Below, one piece after another: positions 1-10,950 of a stretch of DNA of 64,000 nt; within the stretch, counting starts at the first letter, position 1, and the number at the start of each line of letters is the position of its first letter. The notes under the pieces are model-generated. The model saw nothing but the letters and a program-made list of their open reading frames with translations. It had not been told where the DNA came from and did no database searches. The stretch lies in contig CM121341.1 in the NCBI GenBank assembly GCA_051530055.1, positions 248,001-312,000 on the forward strand, written 5' to 3'. The DNA is from Neoechinorhynchus agilis. Lineage: Eukaryota > Animalia > Acanthocephala. Both the position numbers and the translations under genes were made by a program.

Positions 1-2
1 TG

Positions 3-1403
3 AACGTGAAAGGCGACGGTCGCTAGTGCCATTGTTGAGTTTTGTTTCAGCTTAACAATTTTGAGGCCGAGACTGCGCGCGCGGGACATTGCTGGGCATT
101 CGAGAGATCTTTGCCGCCCGATTTTTAGGTACAATTGATATCGCTCGTTCATTGAATCGATAAATTCCTGATTAATTGGACCGGTTTGATTGCGTAGAAC
201 GTCAGATTCATTGCTCAGAAAAAAGCGGTACCGTGGATGAATATCCGGTCGTTGAAGATAATTAAGAACAAATTCATGTCCTTCCTGTGCTGTAAACACA
301 CATGCCCCAATATGGGGTGTAGGCACCTGATGCAGGTTAACACGATCACTCGGTTTACAAATTCTTGAGGTAGATGATTGAGTTGAGGTAGTAATAGAAT
401 TCGAGGCAGTTCTTTGTGGTGTGATTTTAATATTTGATGGACCGTTATTGCGTTGAGCGTCATTGTAAACAGGATTAGTAACAGTCACCTCCTGCAGAAC
501 ACAACCATTCGAATCGTCGCCCGTTCGGCGTGTCTTCTTAGGCGAGTGTTGTGAAATGTTATCTCCTTGATCTGGTAGCCCTGATAGTCGTTTCCGAGAG
601 ATTATGTTGAGCGCTTCTGAGGTGTAGCGGTTTGAATTGAGGCAATTTTCTGATTCCTCCGGTTTGTACGAAGATTTTAAGTCCCTATCTTTGGAAACAG
701 ACTTACAGTGTGTAACGTGGGAACGAATAGCTGGAAGTGCATCGTATTGAACAGCGCACGCTAGGCATTGAAAGGCTGTCGAATTTGATCTGTGGACGTT
801 CTCCAAATGGCTGACAAGAGTGTTATAACGTCCTTTTCCCACGAGCGAAAGTTCGCATGCCGGACAAGCAGCTGGATCGTCCTCTCCTGATTTGTATAAA
901 ATGATTGCGGTTGGTGCCGGATTGACATTAGCATGAGGATTCACAGAACTTAAAACCATGTTTCTAAATATTTCAGGTTGGATTGCTTTGCATCGTCGGA
1001 AATGTAGTCCAACACTCCGAGATTCGCGATGCTCAAAACTGTCACAAATGGGACACACCCAAATCACCTCCGCGTATTCATGGGCCCCATGGAGGTGTGC
1101 GAGTAGCAGCTTGAACTTTGACTGTCCAACGCATCCGAGACTACATACCGGGCAAAGAAGCATGTTGGTTTGATCGATTGGATAGCGAATTCTTATTGTT
1201 TTGTCTGCTGGATTATTGTTACTCGGTCTTTGGCCACACTTGGTTTGCTGTTGTTTGCTCATTCGATGATGTTGCTGTTGCTGTTGGTCTGAACGATGAG
1301 CGTCATCTAAAGATGAGCGCTTAGCAACCGATGGACGCGGGGCCACTAATGACTCCGAATATTCGTCGATGATTTTCTGGGTAGATTTTTGCGAGGAAGT
1401 CAT
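3..1403 (-). CDS. N-terminal part of an R2-like (28S-inserting) non-LTR retrotransposon ORF, at least 467 codons, runs off the window edge
   Basis: Frame scanned by hand: no stop from CAT 1401-1403 to position 3. Four zinc fingers (CPVC..H..H, CPIC..H..C, CPAC..H..H, CLAC..H..C). Abuts 28S sequence GGTAAACGGTGGACGTAACTATGACT. Absent from the ORF track, probably because it has no stop in the window. Confidence 0.8.
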   Translation of the reverse strand, partial: MTSSQKSTQKIIDEYSESLVAPRPSVAKRSSLDDAHRSDQQQQQHHRMSKQQQTKCGQRPSNNNPADKTIRIRYPIDQTNMLLCPVCSLGCVGQSKFKLLLAHLHGAHEYAEVIWVCPICDSFEHRESRSVGLHFRRCKAIQPEIFRNMVLSSVNPHANVNPAPTAIILYKSGEDDPAACPACELSLVGKGRYNTLVSHLENVHRSNSTAFQCLACAVQYDALPAIRSHVTHCKSVSKDRDLKSSYKPEESENCLNSNRYTSEALNIISRKRLSGLPDQGDNISQHSPKKTRRTGDDSNGCVLQEVTVTNPVYNDAQRNNGPSNIKITPQRTASNSITTSTQSSTSRICKPSDRVNLHQVPTPHIGACVFTAQEGHEFVLNYLQRPDIHPRYRFFLSNESDVLRNQTGPINQEFIDSMNERYQLYLKIGRQRSLECPAMSRARSLGLKIVKLKQNSTMALATVAFHV

Positions 1404-1450
1404 AGTTACGTCCACCGTTTACCCGCGCTTAAATTAATTTCTTCACTTTA

Positions 1451-1481
<31 letters not shown>

Positions 1482-2962
1482 CATCAACACCGATTACAGC
1501 TATCTAAATCCTTTGTTTCTAGGCCAGCTGTTTAAGGCTGATCGGATCCACACTCAAGAATCCAGCGAACCCGTTTGGATACGCCGAACAAACGCGGAGC
1601 ATAGCTATCGCTGCCCACAGTACGCAGCACCAAGTTCTGTCCTCGAAATCGACTCTTTCGCAAGAGCAAATAACTGAGACAGATCCAAGAGTCGATAACA
1701 TACCGCTTCTCGCGACGGCCCGCCTAACTCAGCTTGTAGAGCCAATCCTTTTTCCGAAGGTTCGGATCTAATTTGCCGACTTCCCTTGCCTACGTTTCCC
1801 TATCGACTAGAGGCTACTCACCTTGGAGACCTGCAGCGGAAATCAGTACGAACAGGTACGGTCTGAATATTCTCGCACCCAGATTTTCAAGGACAGTACG
1901 AAGCGCTCGGTACATCGCAGGAATCGCGCTGCATTATTACGGAACATGTACCCTATCAACAGACGATCTTATTATAGGGATAAAGTTCCTAACAAAGAAG
2001 AGAAAACTCTTCCCCAGACTTCGTATAGTTATTATCTGGGATTGCTCGTGTCACCACTTACGCTGAACATCATCTGCCCAAGAAGAACATTTGAATAGAT
2101 CAATCATAAACCGCATCCTGGCTCGGGATGCACGTTTTCTTAGGATCGGCTGATCCATGTCCAAATGTTGTTCACATGGAACCTTTCTCCACTTCAGTCT
2201 TCAATGCTCTCATTTAAATACTTGCTACTACCACCAAGATCTGCACTAGCGGCGGCTCCACTTCACCTCACGGTGCAAGTTTCAACACCACCGCATACGC
2301 CTTTCTACACGTCAAGCCATTTGTACATTTGTGTCTGGCATCGACGGTCAAGCATGGATATACGTCTCCAGCGCTATCCATTTTCAGGGCCAGTCGATTC
2401 GGCAGGTGAGTTTTTACACACTCCTTAGCGGATTCCTACTTCTGCGGCCACCGTCCTGCTGTCAATATCGACTGACACCTTTCATGGTATCTCATGAGAG
2501 GCACTTTTGGCACCCTAGCTCAACGTTTGGTTCATCCCACATCGCCAGTTCTGCTTACCAAAAATGGCCCACTTGGTGCCATCGCATTTACACCCGATAC
2601 TCAGCAGTTGCATAAGCAACTGTAAAGAAGTGACCGAGCTTATTACCCATTTAAAGTTTGAGAATAGGTCGAGGACAATTCGTCCCCAATGCCTCTAATC
2701 ATTCGCTTTACCAGATAAAACTGTCTTATGCAACACCGGCTTCCCTGGGGGAAACTTCGACGGGAACCAGCTACTTGATGGTTCGATTAGTCTTTCGCCC
2801 CTATACCCAAATCTGACGATTGATTTGCACGTCAAAAACGCTACGGACCTCCACTAGAGTTTCCTCCGGCTTCATCCTACTCACGCGTAGTTCACCATAT
2901 TTCGGGTCTCAACATGTACGCTCAATTGCGAACAACAACTAACAGTACCTTGCATGTGCCAT
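1398..2962 (-). rRNA. 28S: 28S rRNA fragment (about D3 to the R2 site), degenerate
   Basis: Conserved LSU motifs GACCCGAAA.ATGGTGAACTA, GTAGCTGGTTCCC, GCAGATCTTGGTGGTAGTAGC, GCAGGTCTCCAAGGTGAGTAGCC; lacks a ~35 nt conserved block present in the 61.6 kb copy. Confidence 0.9.
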
Positions 2963-3009
2963 TAGGCTGCAAACAGGGACAGTAGGAATCACAATAATCC
3001 ATTCATGCA

Positions 3010-3040
<31 letters not shown>
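2963..3040 (-). rRNA. 28S: 78-nt 28S fragment immediately downstream of the R2 site
   Basis: AGCCAAATGCCTCGTCATCTAATTAGTGACGTGCATGAATGG on the minus strand. Confidence 0.9.
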
Positions 3041-3305
3041 GGTTTCAGCTACGACTAATAAAGGTGTGGTAGATATTGAGACTTTTTTCCGCAGCTGTTG
3101 CGCACATGTTTAGGGCTGTGTTGGTGCTTAATTTAACTTTTTTAAGTCGCTGTAACAGCGCCGAGCTGTAACATCCTCTTGCACCAACTGCCAGGCTAAT
3201 GCACCCCACGTTGTTTTGATTAATGCTGTGTTGGGCTGCAACAATGTCTGTTATGCCGAGGTATTTTTCTTCTTTTTGAGTTATTATTTCCTCAGCACGG
3301 ACCAA
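3041..3305 (-). mobile_element. 3' fragment of R2-like family B, inverted relative to the 3360-6476 copy
   Basis: Near-identical reverse complement of about 6065-6320; joins 28S AGCCAAATGCC directly after the stop codon region. Confidence 0.9.
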
Positions 3306-3329
3306 CACATATTTAAAAACTTACAAGCA

Positions 3330-3359
3330 CGCGGGTAAACGGTGGACGTAACTATGACT
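3330..3359 (+). rRNA. 28S: 30-nt 28S remnant upstream of the R2 site
   Basis: CGCGGGTAAACGGTGGACGTAACTATGACT, identical to the 1398-1427 junction. Confidence 0.85.
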
Positions 3360-6300
3360 TTCTTTATTTCCGACAAAGACAAAGATTCCCAGGACACAAA
3401 GAAACTATTGAAACTAAAGAAAGTTCATCAGTTTATCCCCATCCGCCGGGTACGAAGCGCTGCCTCGCTTTAGATGGCGATCTTCCAAATAATCAACCAA
3501 CTGCTTCAACTGCATCAACTGCTGATTCGACTTATTTTTTCACCCAAGAGACAGAAAAGTCGAGAGTTAACCCCATATCGGCCGGAAGCGAAGCGCATTC
3601 TTCCGATGGCGCTTTTCCCGATGAATAACATCATCACATTTTTCAACTTCTGATCGCCCAAACAAGTCCAATGAACTCACAAACGAGCTCGCAACGGTTC
3701 TGCGTACCGAATCTCACAACACCAATGTTAATGCCGTGAACAGCGTTCCCGAACAGTGGACGCATGGAACCTCTGTGCATAAATAGCTGTCTCTTAACAC
3801 AAGTGGAGGAACGTTCAGCCTCTATCCATTCACCTGCTTTTTCTGGTGCCCAAGATAACTTAAATTTCTGCAAGCTATTTCATCTCTTCTACGGTTTCGT
3901 CCAGGCAAACTTACTAAGGACACACTAAACGAAGTAGCTGACATGTTTTCGACATATCTTATATGTGGAAGGCCCCCAGGACGCTTGCATTCCTGTACGA
4001 GCAAGGCAAAAAGTCCAACATCTTTCGTCTTTTTTGCTGCTGCATCTACATATAATTGTGATATACGTGTCATGGCACCGTAAGAAAACGAAGACAGAAT
4101 CTACAGATCACGAAACCCCGCACCTATGGAACGAAACAGGATCTTTCCGTGCGTCAGAAACCGGGCAATTCTACTTGGCCAACCAAAGTCCGTTTTGCGG
4201 CAAAGAAACAGAGCGCTTTATTTCTCAAATACGGCTCAATTAGCTCACGAAATTTTCGACGCGACAACAAGTCGAAGCTGTAAGATTGAGCCACTTAAAA
4301 TCTTCAGTCATTTCCGTAATCTTTTTAAGGCAGAGGACAACCAGTGCAGTACTGTGGATTTTCCAAACTATGTTTCAAATCAGTGGGAAGTACTTATTGC
4401 AGAAAAGCTACGGGATGCAATGAAGGGTATGAACTCCTCAAGCGCTCTAGGTCCGGATGGAATCAGTTTGACGAGCATATTCGCGTACGACCCTATGTTT
4501 GTTGGTCTCTCCTTAATCTGCAATATGGCGATCGCCGTTGGCGAACCTCCGGAATGCTGGAAGGAAAATCGGACGATTCTCCTACCAAAGAATAACGTAT
4601 CCCCAGACAAACTCAATGAACTTCAGTCTTGGCGACCAATCACGGTCTCATCCGTCCTCATGAGTGTTACAATGGGCAATTTTAAATTGCCTGCAGGAAA
4701 ACTGATCTTAGAAACCAGTCAGACCTGCTTTGGGAGCGAAGCGTGCAACGCAAATCTTTTAACACTAAAAACTGTTCTCAAAGCATCTCGTTCGGCAAAA
4801 CGACCCCTTGCAATTGCAGTGCTGGACGTCAAGTCGGCTTTCGACTCGGTTTCCCACAACAACCTTTTAAAAACGCTTCTAGAAAGGAATCTAGGATACG
4901 TTTCCAACTACATTGGCAATGCCTTCACGTCGAGCTACACCAGAATCCATACTAACACCGGAAACCCATCGGAACCAATATTTTTTAACAAAGGCGTTAA
5001 ACAAGGAGACCCCTTTGTCACCACTTTTGTTTGCCTTGTCTATAGATGGCGTGCTTTGTAAAATACGCTCATCCGGGCTCGGTTTAAAATCCGGTGACTT
5101 GTCATTGCCTTTGATTGTATACGCCAATGATATCCTCCTTGCGAATAACGAAAGTGAGCTACAACAGATGATCGATATCACGTCAAACCGTCTTCAAGAT
5201 AAAAATCTGACGCCTTCCTCCTCCAAATGCAAGACCTGTATTCAGACGTTTAAAAATGGTATAATGCATATAAACTCACAACGATCGATTACAGTTAACG
5301 GTTCCAAAGTTGAGTGTATTCTCGACGGCGACACTGTGAAGTACTTGGGAGGATTACCCTGGTTACATACAAGAATAGAGGAGGTAATCAAACGAATAGA
5401 GCAGTTTTTCAAGACAAAAGACACGCTGATAAGCCCGACACAGGCAGCTCACATCCTTAATGACTTCGCCTTTCCACGAATTATGGCGCCCCTGCAAAGC
5501 TTCAACGATATCTCCTTCACTAATGTGTCCAATATAGACACAATCTGGAGAACAAAAGTCAAGCGGCTGTTACATCTTCCTAAATTCGTCAACAATGGGG
5601 CATTTTACTTGCCGCTAAACCAAGGAGGTTTAGGTTTCAGGTCTATTGAAATGGAAGTTGCTAATAGCAGAAAGCGGGCAACAGATGCCGTAAGGGAGCG
5701 ATATCCCGTTGTCGAAAACGTTAAACTAAGTTTGCGATTCCTGGACGTAGGGACGGTTTTTTCACGAATGGATAAACAAAGGGCGAAGAAATGCCGTCGG
5801 TGTAAAGTGAACGACGAATCCTGCCTGCACATAATAAGAGAATGCACCTCAATAACAAACTTGATGCTCAAACGACATGATGCTGTGCATGCTAGGTTGA
5901 CATGGGCCTTAAGGCGACGTAACCCTCGTTTCCAGATCCTGGAAAGAAACAGATTCCACGACGCTGAAGGTAACTTAAATAAACCTTACATAATATTGAT
6001 CGATGAAGAAATGGGCAAAGCTTTAAGTCTAGACGTTGCAATGTACTATGAAACGCATCGTCAACGTGCTGAGGAAATAATAACTCAAAAAGAAGAAAAA
6101 ATACCTCGGCATAACAGACATTGTTGCAGCCAAACACAGCATTAATCCAAACAACGTGAAGTGCATTGGCCTGGCAGTTGGTGCAAGAGGATGTTACAGC
6201 TCGGCGATGTTACAACGACTTAAAAAAGTTAATTTAAGCACCAACACAGCCCTAAACATGTGCGCAACAGCTGCGGAAAAAAGTTTCAATATCTACCATA

Positions 6301-6476
6301 CCTTTATTAGTCGTAGCTAAAAAAATAAGGAAAACAAAAAGAGATCTAGAAAAGTAAGCAACAGCTAATAACAGTATCAATCAAGCGCGATATTTGAATC
6401 AAGAAACCTACTGATATTAAAGAGTATCAACAATACTTGTTTAACAAACTGAAATGTCCATAATAAATCTGTGTCC
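3360..6476 (+). mobile_element. R2-like retrotransposon family B, decayed (RT plus restriction-like endonuclease)
   Basis: GPDGI, WRPITV, LDVKSAFDSV, GVKQGDP, YAND (for YADD), KYLG, CRRC..H..C, RHD, KPY (for KPD); frameshifts; flanked by both halves of the 28S R2 target. Confidence 0.9.
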
Positions 6477-6508
<32 letters not shown>

Positions 6509-6728
6509 TGCATGAATGGATTATTGAGATTCCTACTGTCCCTGTTTACAGCCTAGCGAAACCACAGCCAAAGGAACGGGCTTGGAGAGTAACTGCGGGG
6601 AAAGAAGACCCTTTTGAGCTTGACTCTAGTCAGCCTGTGAAGAAACATGATGGGCGTAGAATAGGTGGGAGGCCGCGCCGGTGAAATACCACTACCATCA
6701 TTGTTTTTTACTTACTCAGTGATTCAGG
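6477..6728 (+). rRNA. 28S: 28S fragment starting at the canonical R2 3' junction
   Basis: TAGCCAAATGCC...GCGAAACCACAGCC...GGGGAAAGAAGACCC...GGTGAAATACCACTAC. Confidence 0.92.
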
Positions 6729-7135
6729 TAGCGTTAATTCGCCAATTGCGATATATAATTTTTTCTTTAGTATTGTCATCTGCTCGAGGAGCAACAACGA
6801 ACTTGCCTTCAAAAGAAAATCTCTTCCTCGGTGAAGTTTCAGAAGTAGCGTTCGTCCCAGTTGCAGTAGGAAGCGATCTTTCATATATCTCCTTGTTTGA
6901 TTTCCAACGCAGTTGATAGGCTAGCCTCGCAACGTCAATCTGAAGCTGAAAGGTTTCTCGTTCCGCGAACATACGTCTTGGAACAAATGCCGGTCCTATT
7001 GATAGGACATCCTTGTGGGCAGATGTCAAAGTTCCAACGGAAATTTCGGTGCATTTATCGTGCCCTGGACTGTGGGTATCAACTGTCATTTCGGTATTTG
7101 CTTCATTTGGTGTGTTTTCGAGAGAAACTTGAATT
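6729..7135 (-). mobile_element. Inverted 5' portion of a Penelope-like element
   Basis: VLSIGPAFVP...IDVARLAYQLRW resembles the N-terminal region of PLE ORFs. Confidence 0.7.
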
Positions 7136-7138
7136 TAT

Positions 7139-8662
7139 ATGCCAGACTCAAATGAGGAGAATGTCTTCAAACAATCTTCCTGGCGTGTCAGTGACAAAGG
7201 TGGCGAATTGGTTGTTCTGACGAAGCATTATAAAGACGGAATGATGATGAAATTCATTTCCGATGAATCTCTATATAAGCCCGAAACGGAGGACGATTCC
7301 GATGAGAAACGATGCAGTTTGAACGAAGCTTTTCGCTGGATAGTCGCGCGTAGGAACCTTACCAGGATGCACGCATTTACCCAAGGGCCCTTACGTACCC
7401 CAGTTCTATATGCGATGGTAAAGACCCATAAGATGCCGGAGGTCTTATTGCTAGGAGACCAACTCAAATGCAGACCAATTGTATCTACAATAAATGGACC
7501 GGCATATAGGATATCCAAACTGCTAGCCAAGATGTTGGCTCCTTTGATTGAAGATGGGCCAGCATACACTAAAAATACGCGCGGACAAACAGAAACATTG
7601 GAATCGAGGCAAGATATCCTGCAACGAACTAAAGTGATGTCCTTCGATTTCCAAAGCTTATATACAAATGTTGATACTGAAGCCGCAATTGATACATTGG
7701 CGAGGAAGTTGCAAGAACGTCGGACAAACCTGTTCGGAATGGAACCTTCTGATGTGTTGATGCTAACACGTCTGGTCCTACAATGCAACCTTTTTCGATT
7801 CCGAAATCAGCTGTATCGTCAGGTCCGTGGTCTCTCTATGGGTAACAGTCTTGCGCCAGTCTTGGCTAATCTATTCCTCGATGGCTTAGAGGTGCAGCAC
7901 ATTTTTCCACATCTTTCGTCGAGTCAAATCTATCTCCGATATGTGGATGATGTGCTGCTGACCTACCACGAGGATAGTGAGGTCGACACAATCGAAGAAC
8001 AGTTAAATTCAATGGATTTAGCAGGTCGCATCAAGGTTACTCGGGATAAGCCACACACGTTGCGACAATGCAAATTAAAAGCGCGAGTCGTCCACAGGAT
8101 AGGGCCATCACTCAGACAGATTTTGACTCAGACCGAGCACCACGAGGATCAAAATGATTGTCCGAGGTCATGTTTGATGTGCTCCCATTGTAGCCCTTCA
8201 AGGAACGAAGAAGTACGCCTCCTCAGACAGTCTTGCCAATCAATATGCGTGTTATATAGGATGCTGTGCCGGCTATGCAAGGACGAAGGGCGGACAACGT
8301 TCTACATTGGCAAGACGGAAAGAGCATTACGTTCACGTGTGACGGAACACGTGCGTAATGCGCGCAATCCGACGGCTCCGTCATACCGATCGACCACATG
8401 GGCTACCCATTTCGCTACCTCTCACGTTGGTGCCAACCCAACCTTCGAGATTGAGGTGATGCACAAGGCATCCGATCTTGTGGATCTCTTGATTGCCGAG
8501 GCGCTATGCATTAATCGTAGGGGAGTAGTGGGATTGGGTGGGGTTGCGAACAGCAGGGACAGACACAACGAGGCAGAGGGCTTGCTCAATAAGAGGGATG
8601 AGCTGACGGACAGCGTTACCTTCCTCCGATCCTTTTCAGATCACCGAAGGGAAGCTCCCTGA
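7139..8662 (+). CDS. Penelope-like reverse transcriptase plus GIY-YIG endonuclease
   Basis: SDKGG, RPIVS, SFDFQSLYTNV, GLSMGNSLAPVLANLFL, YLRYVDD, YRMLCRLC...FYIGKTERALRSRVTEH; thumb region appears shortened. Confidence 0.9.
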   Translation: MPDSNEENVFKQSSWRVSDKGGELVVLTKHYKDGMMMKFISDESLYKPETEDDSDEKRCSLNEAFRWIVARRNLTRMHAFTQGPLRTPVLYAMVKTHKMPEVLLLGDQLKCRPIVSTINGPAYRISKLLAKMLAPLIEDGPAYTKNTRGQTETLESRQDILQRTKVMSFDFQSLYTNVDTEAAIDTLARKLQERRTNLFGMEPSDVLMLTRLVLQCNLFRFRNQLYRQVRGLSMGNSLAPVLANLFLDGLEVQHIFPHLSSSQIYLRYVDDVLLTYHEDSEVDTIEEQLNSMDLAGRIKVTRDKPHTLRQCKLKARVVHRIGPSLRQILTQTEHHEDQNDCPRSCLMCSHCSPSRNEEVRLLRQSCQSICVLYRMLCRLCKDEGRTTFYIGKTERALRSRVTEHVRNARNPTAPSYRSTTWATHFATSHVGANPTFEIEVMHKASDLVDLLIAEALCINRRGVVGLGGVANSRDRHNEAEGLLNKRDELTDSVTFLRSFSDHRREAP

Positions 8663-8691
8663 CGAAGACGCAGGCGTCGAAAATTTGGAGT
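8654..8691 (+). ncRNA. Minimal type I hammerhead ribozyme at the PLE 3' end
   Basis: GCTCC-CTGACGA-A-GACG(CAGG)CGTC-GAA-AATT-T-GGAGT: stem I GCUCC/GGAGU, stem II GACG/CGUC, palindromic stem III AAUU. Confidence 0.75.
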
Positions 8692-8779
8692 ATTAAGAAA
8701 TAAAAAAACACCCATTTTCGTTGGATAAAAATCTCGAATCCCAACCGTAAGATTTTAAATCTCAAGAAAAATGCATGCC

Positions 8780-8796
8780 TAGCCAAATGCCTCGTC
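8780..8796 (+). rRNA. 28S: 17-nt 28S remnant at an R2 3' junction
   Basis: TAGCCAAATGCCTCGTC preceded by CC, as at 6475-6477. Confidence 0.7.
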
Positions 8797-8799
8797 TCA

Positions 8800-9420
8800 A
8801 ATTCATCGTTCAATGTTTGGATTGATGAGTCAGGTACTTATCCGTGCGAAAGCTCACGATGCCTCAATTCAAAGCAGTTACACGACCCTATTAAAATACG
8901 TTACCCTTCTAAACGATTATGCAATTCCATTTCTGTTGGCTAAGCTCGACGCCTCATGGTACATCGCCCACGAATCTCAGAAGTATAGACGAGCAATTCA
9001 GGTACAGACTAAAGAAGATTCTTAAACTTCCAAGGAACTCAGGCGAAGAAGATGTCGATGAGCGTGAGCTGAGTCCAATCTCTCCAAGTAATGCATTTAG
9101 TGCGGTATATGAATAAAGCAAGGATAACCTCCATCCAAGGTACAGATGCTTTCTCGAGACGGAGAGCGATATCCTCCATCGATCGGAAGGCTCCATTGAT
9201 AGGGAAAAAGACGTTTCAACAACTTTCAAGGAATTACTTACGTTCATTGACGCGCTAAGATGCCTACACGGCCCGCCGGTACAAAGATAAAAAATAAACC
9301 CCCGGCTCCAAAATCGCTCAATTCATAGGCGAACAAAAAAGAACGAGACTGGAACATGAAGGCAGCTATAGGAAACAGGCAGCAATTTGCAATGTACAAA
9401 AAACGACAGAATTATAGTTT
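8800..9420 (+). pseudogene. Decayed pre-RT fragment of an R2-like element related to family A
   Basis: HPRYRCFLETESDILHRSEGSID aligns with HPRYRFFLSNESDVLRNQTGPIN in the 1-1403 ORF. Confidence 0.65.
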
Positions 9421-9869
9421 GTGTAATCATTTGGCGCGCGTTCAAACTTTTATCATCATTTTTAATCGTAAAATAATTTATGAAGAATAGCCACGTGATG
9501 TGCTTTCTCGAAGTCTTTAAATAAATATCAATTTTAATCGTTTTCTTAAGTGTGTTCTAATGTTCATTATTGAATTGACGGACAGTTTTAAGTTTTTCAA
9601 ATGAAAATTTACAATCGATTTTTAAAGCTAAGCATTGCGTTTTAAAAGGATACAGTATCAAAAAAAATTTCAACCTAACTTTGCCGTGGAGATTGACAAA
9701 CGACCACCTTATCTTAAAAAGGAAGACTTAATCTCGGAGACGAGATCCCAGTGAGGGCTAGGCATTGCATATGAGCTATGACGCGAAAAAGAACTTGTTG
9801 ATGACGTCACGCAAAGCTCTCTCGGCCGGCCGATAAGCTTTACGGTAGTGGTTGTTTATTAATAAGTTC

Positions 9870-10040
9870 AATGTTCAAAGGCGCTGAACATCTAGTTGCG
9901 CAGGGTACAGACTGAACGGTCGAGCTATTGTACGATACAAAAGTATCCGGTAAAAATTGATGAGTACTGCTCCCAGATAGACATACCGCTCTATCTGTTT
10001 TAATTGCTCAATGCCATTCGGCCCTTCGCCAGAGACTGTA
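9870..10040 (-). mobile_element. Fragment of the RTE-like family found at 24996-28278
   Basis: VAHTVSGEGPNGIEQLKQIERYVYLG matches the 26346-27890 ORF. Confidence 0.85.
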
Positions 10041-10119
10041 TGCGCGACATAACGGAAACCTAGATAACGCATCATCCTGCTTGACGCCACGTTGAAAATA
10101 GATGGGCTCGCTCGATTGG

Positions 10120-10900
10120 TCATTCGGCAAGTGTAGCTTTGTAAGCGACTTGGTGTACGCGTTGAACAAATACCGCGAAACGTAGGCTCCGCAGTTGTTG
10201 GTCAGACCAAAATCGGAGCAAGTGCTTTGGACAAATCCATTTGAATGAGACGGGTGATAGGGATTATTGTCGAGGTTGCGTAGTAGGGAGTCGTAAATGC
10301 AAAGTAGGGTATCCGTTACCTAAAATTTGGGCCGGAAGCCGAATCGTGAGGGCGATAACTTGCCGCTAAGTGGAAGAAAGCGAGCTTTAGAACATTTTGC
10401 GATAATTTTTGAAAGAGCTAGTATAATGGATATTGGACGGAATGATTCGGTGGAAATCGGATGTCCAGTTTTCGAAGAAGGATAACTTTAGCATTTTTTC
10501 AGGCACGAGGGTAGATGCCATATAAAAAATTGTGGTGACGATCGGCAAGGAACCCAGTTTGGGATTTCGGATTAAGGGGACGAATTTCGAGGTAATTTCT
10601 TGAGATACAGTTGTACTTTGCATGACGAAACTAAGGGAAGTGTCGTCGACTTGACAAAAGCTTCAAATGTGAGAGTGATAGTTTGTGTGGAGTCTAGGAT
10701 GGCAATGGCTGTAATTTGAGTAGAGGTAAAGGTTCTCATTATTGGAGTCTAGAACATGTTTCAGTTCAGAAGAGGGCAAGTTTGTAAAGGGATCAGGGTT
10801 GCGTAGACCAATAGAGTTTTTGACGGCTCGCCACCATGTTAAATTGCCGCCTTATTGAATTTTGTTGAAAGTAAGTTTTTGCGGACAACTAGTTATTTTT
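10120..10900 (-). mobile_element. Decayed L2/CR1-like RT fragment
   Basis: 10150-10350 is a diverged reverse complement of 11340-11540. Confidence 0.6.
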
Positions 10901-10950
10901 GTAAACAGGAAAAGTCAAGATGTCGATATGTGAGGTACCGGGAAATGTGA

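Noticed and set aside
958-2615. Short ORFs overlapping 28S and antisense to the R2-like ORF
   Set aside because: Incidental frames in rRNA or on the opposite strand of a real ORF.
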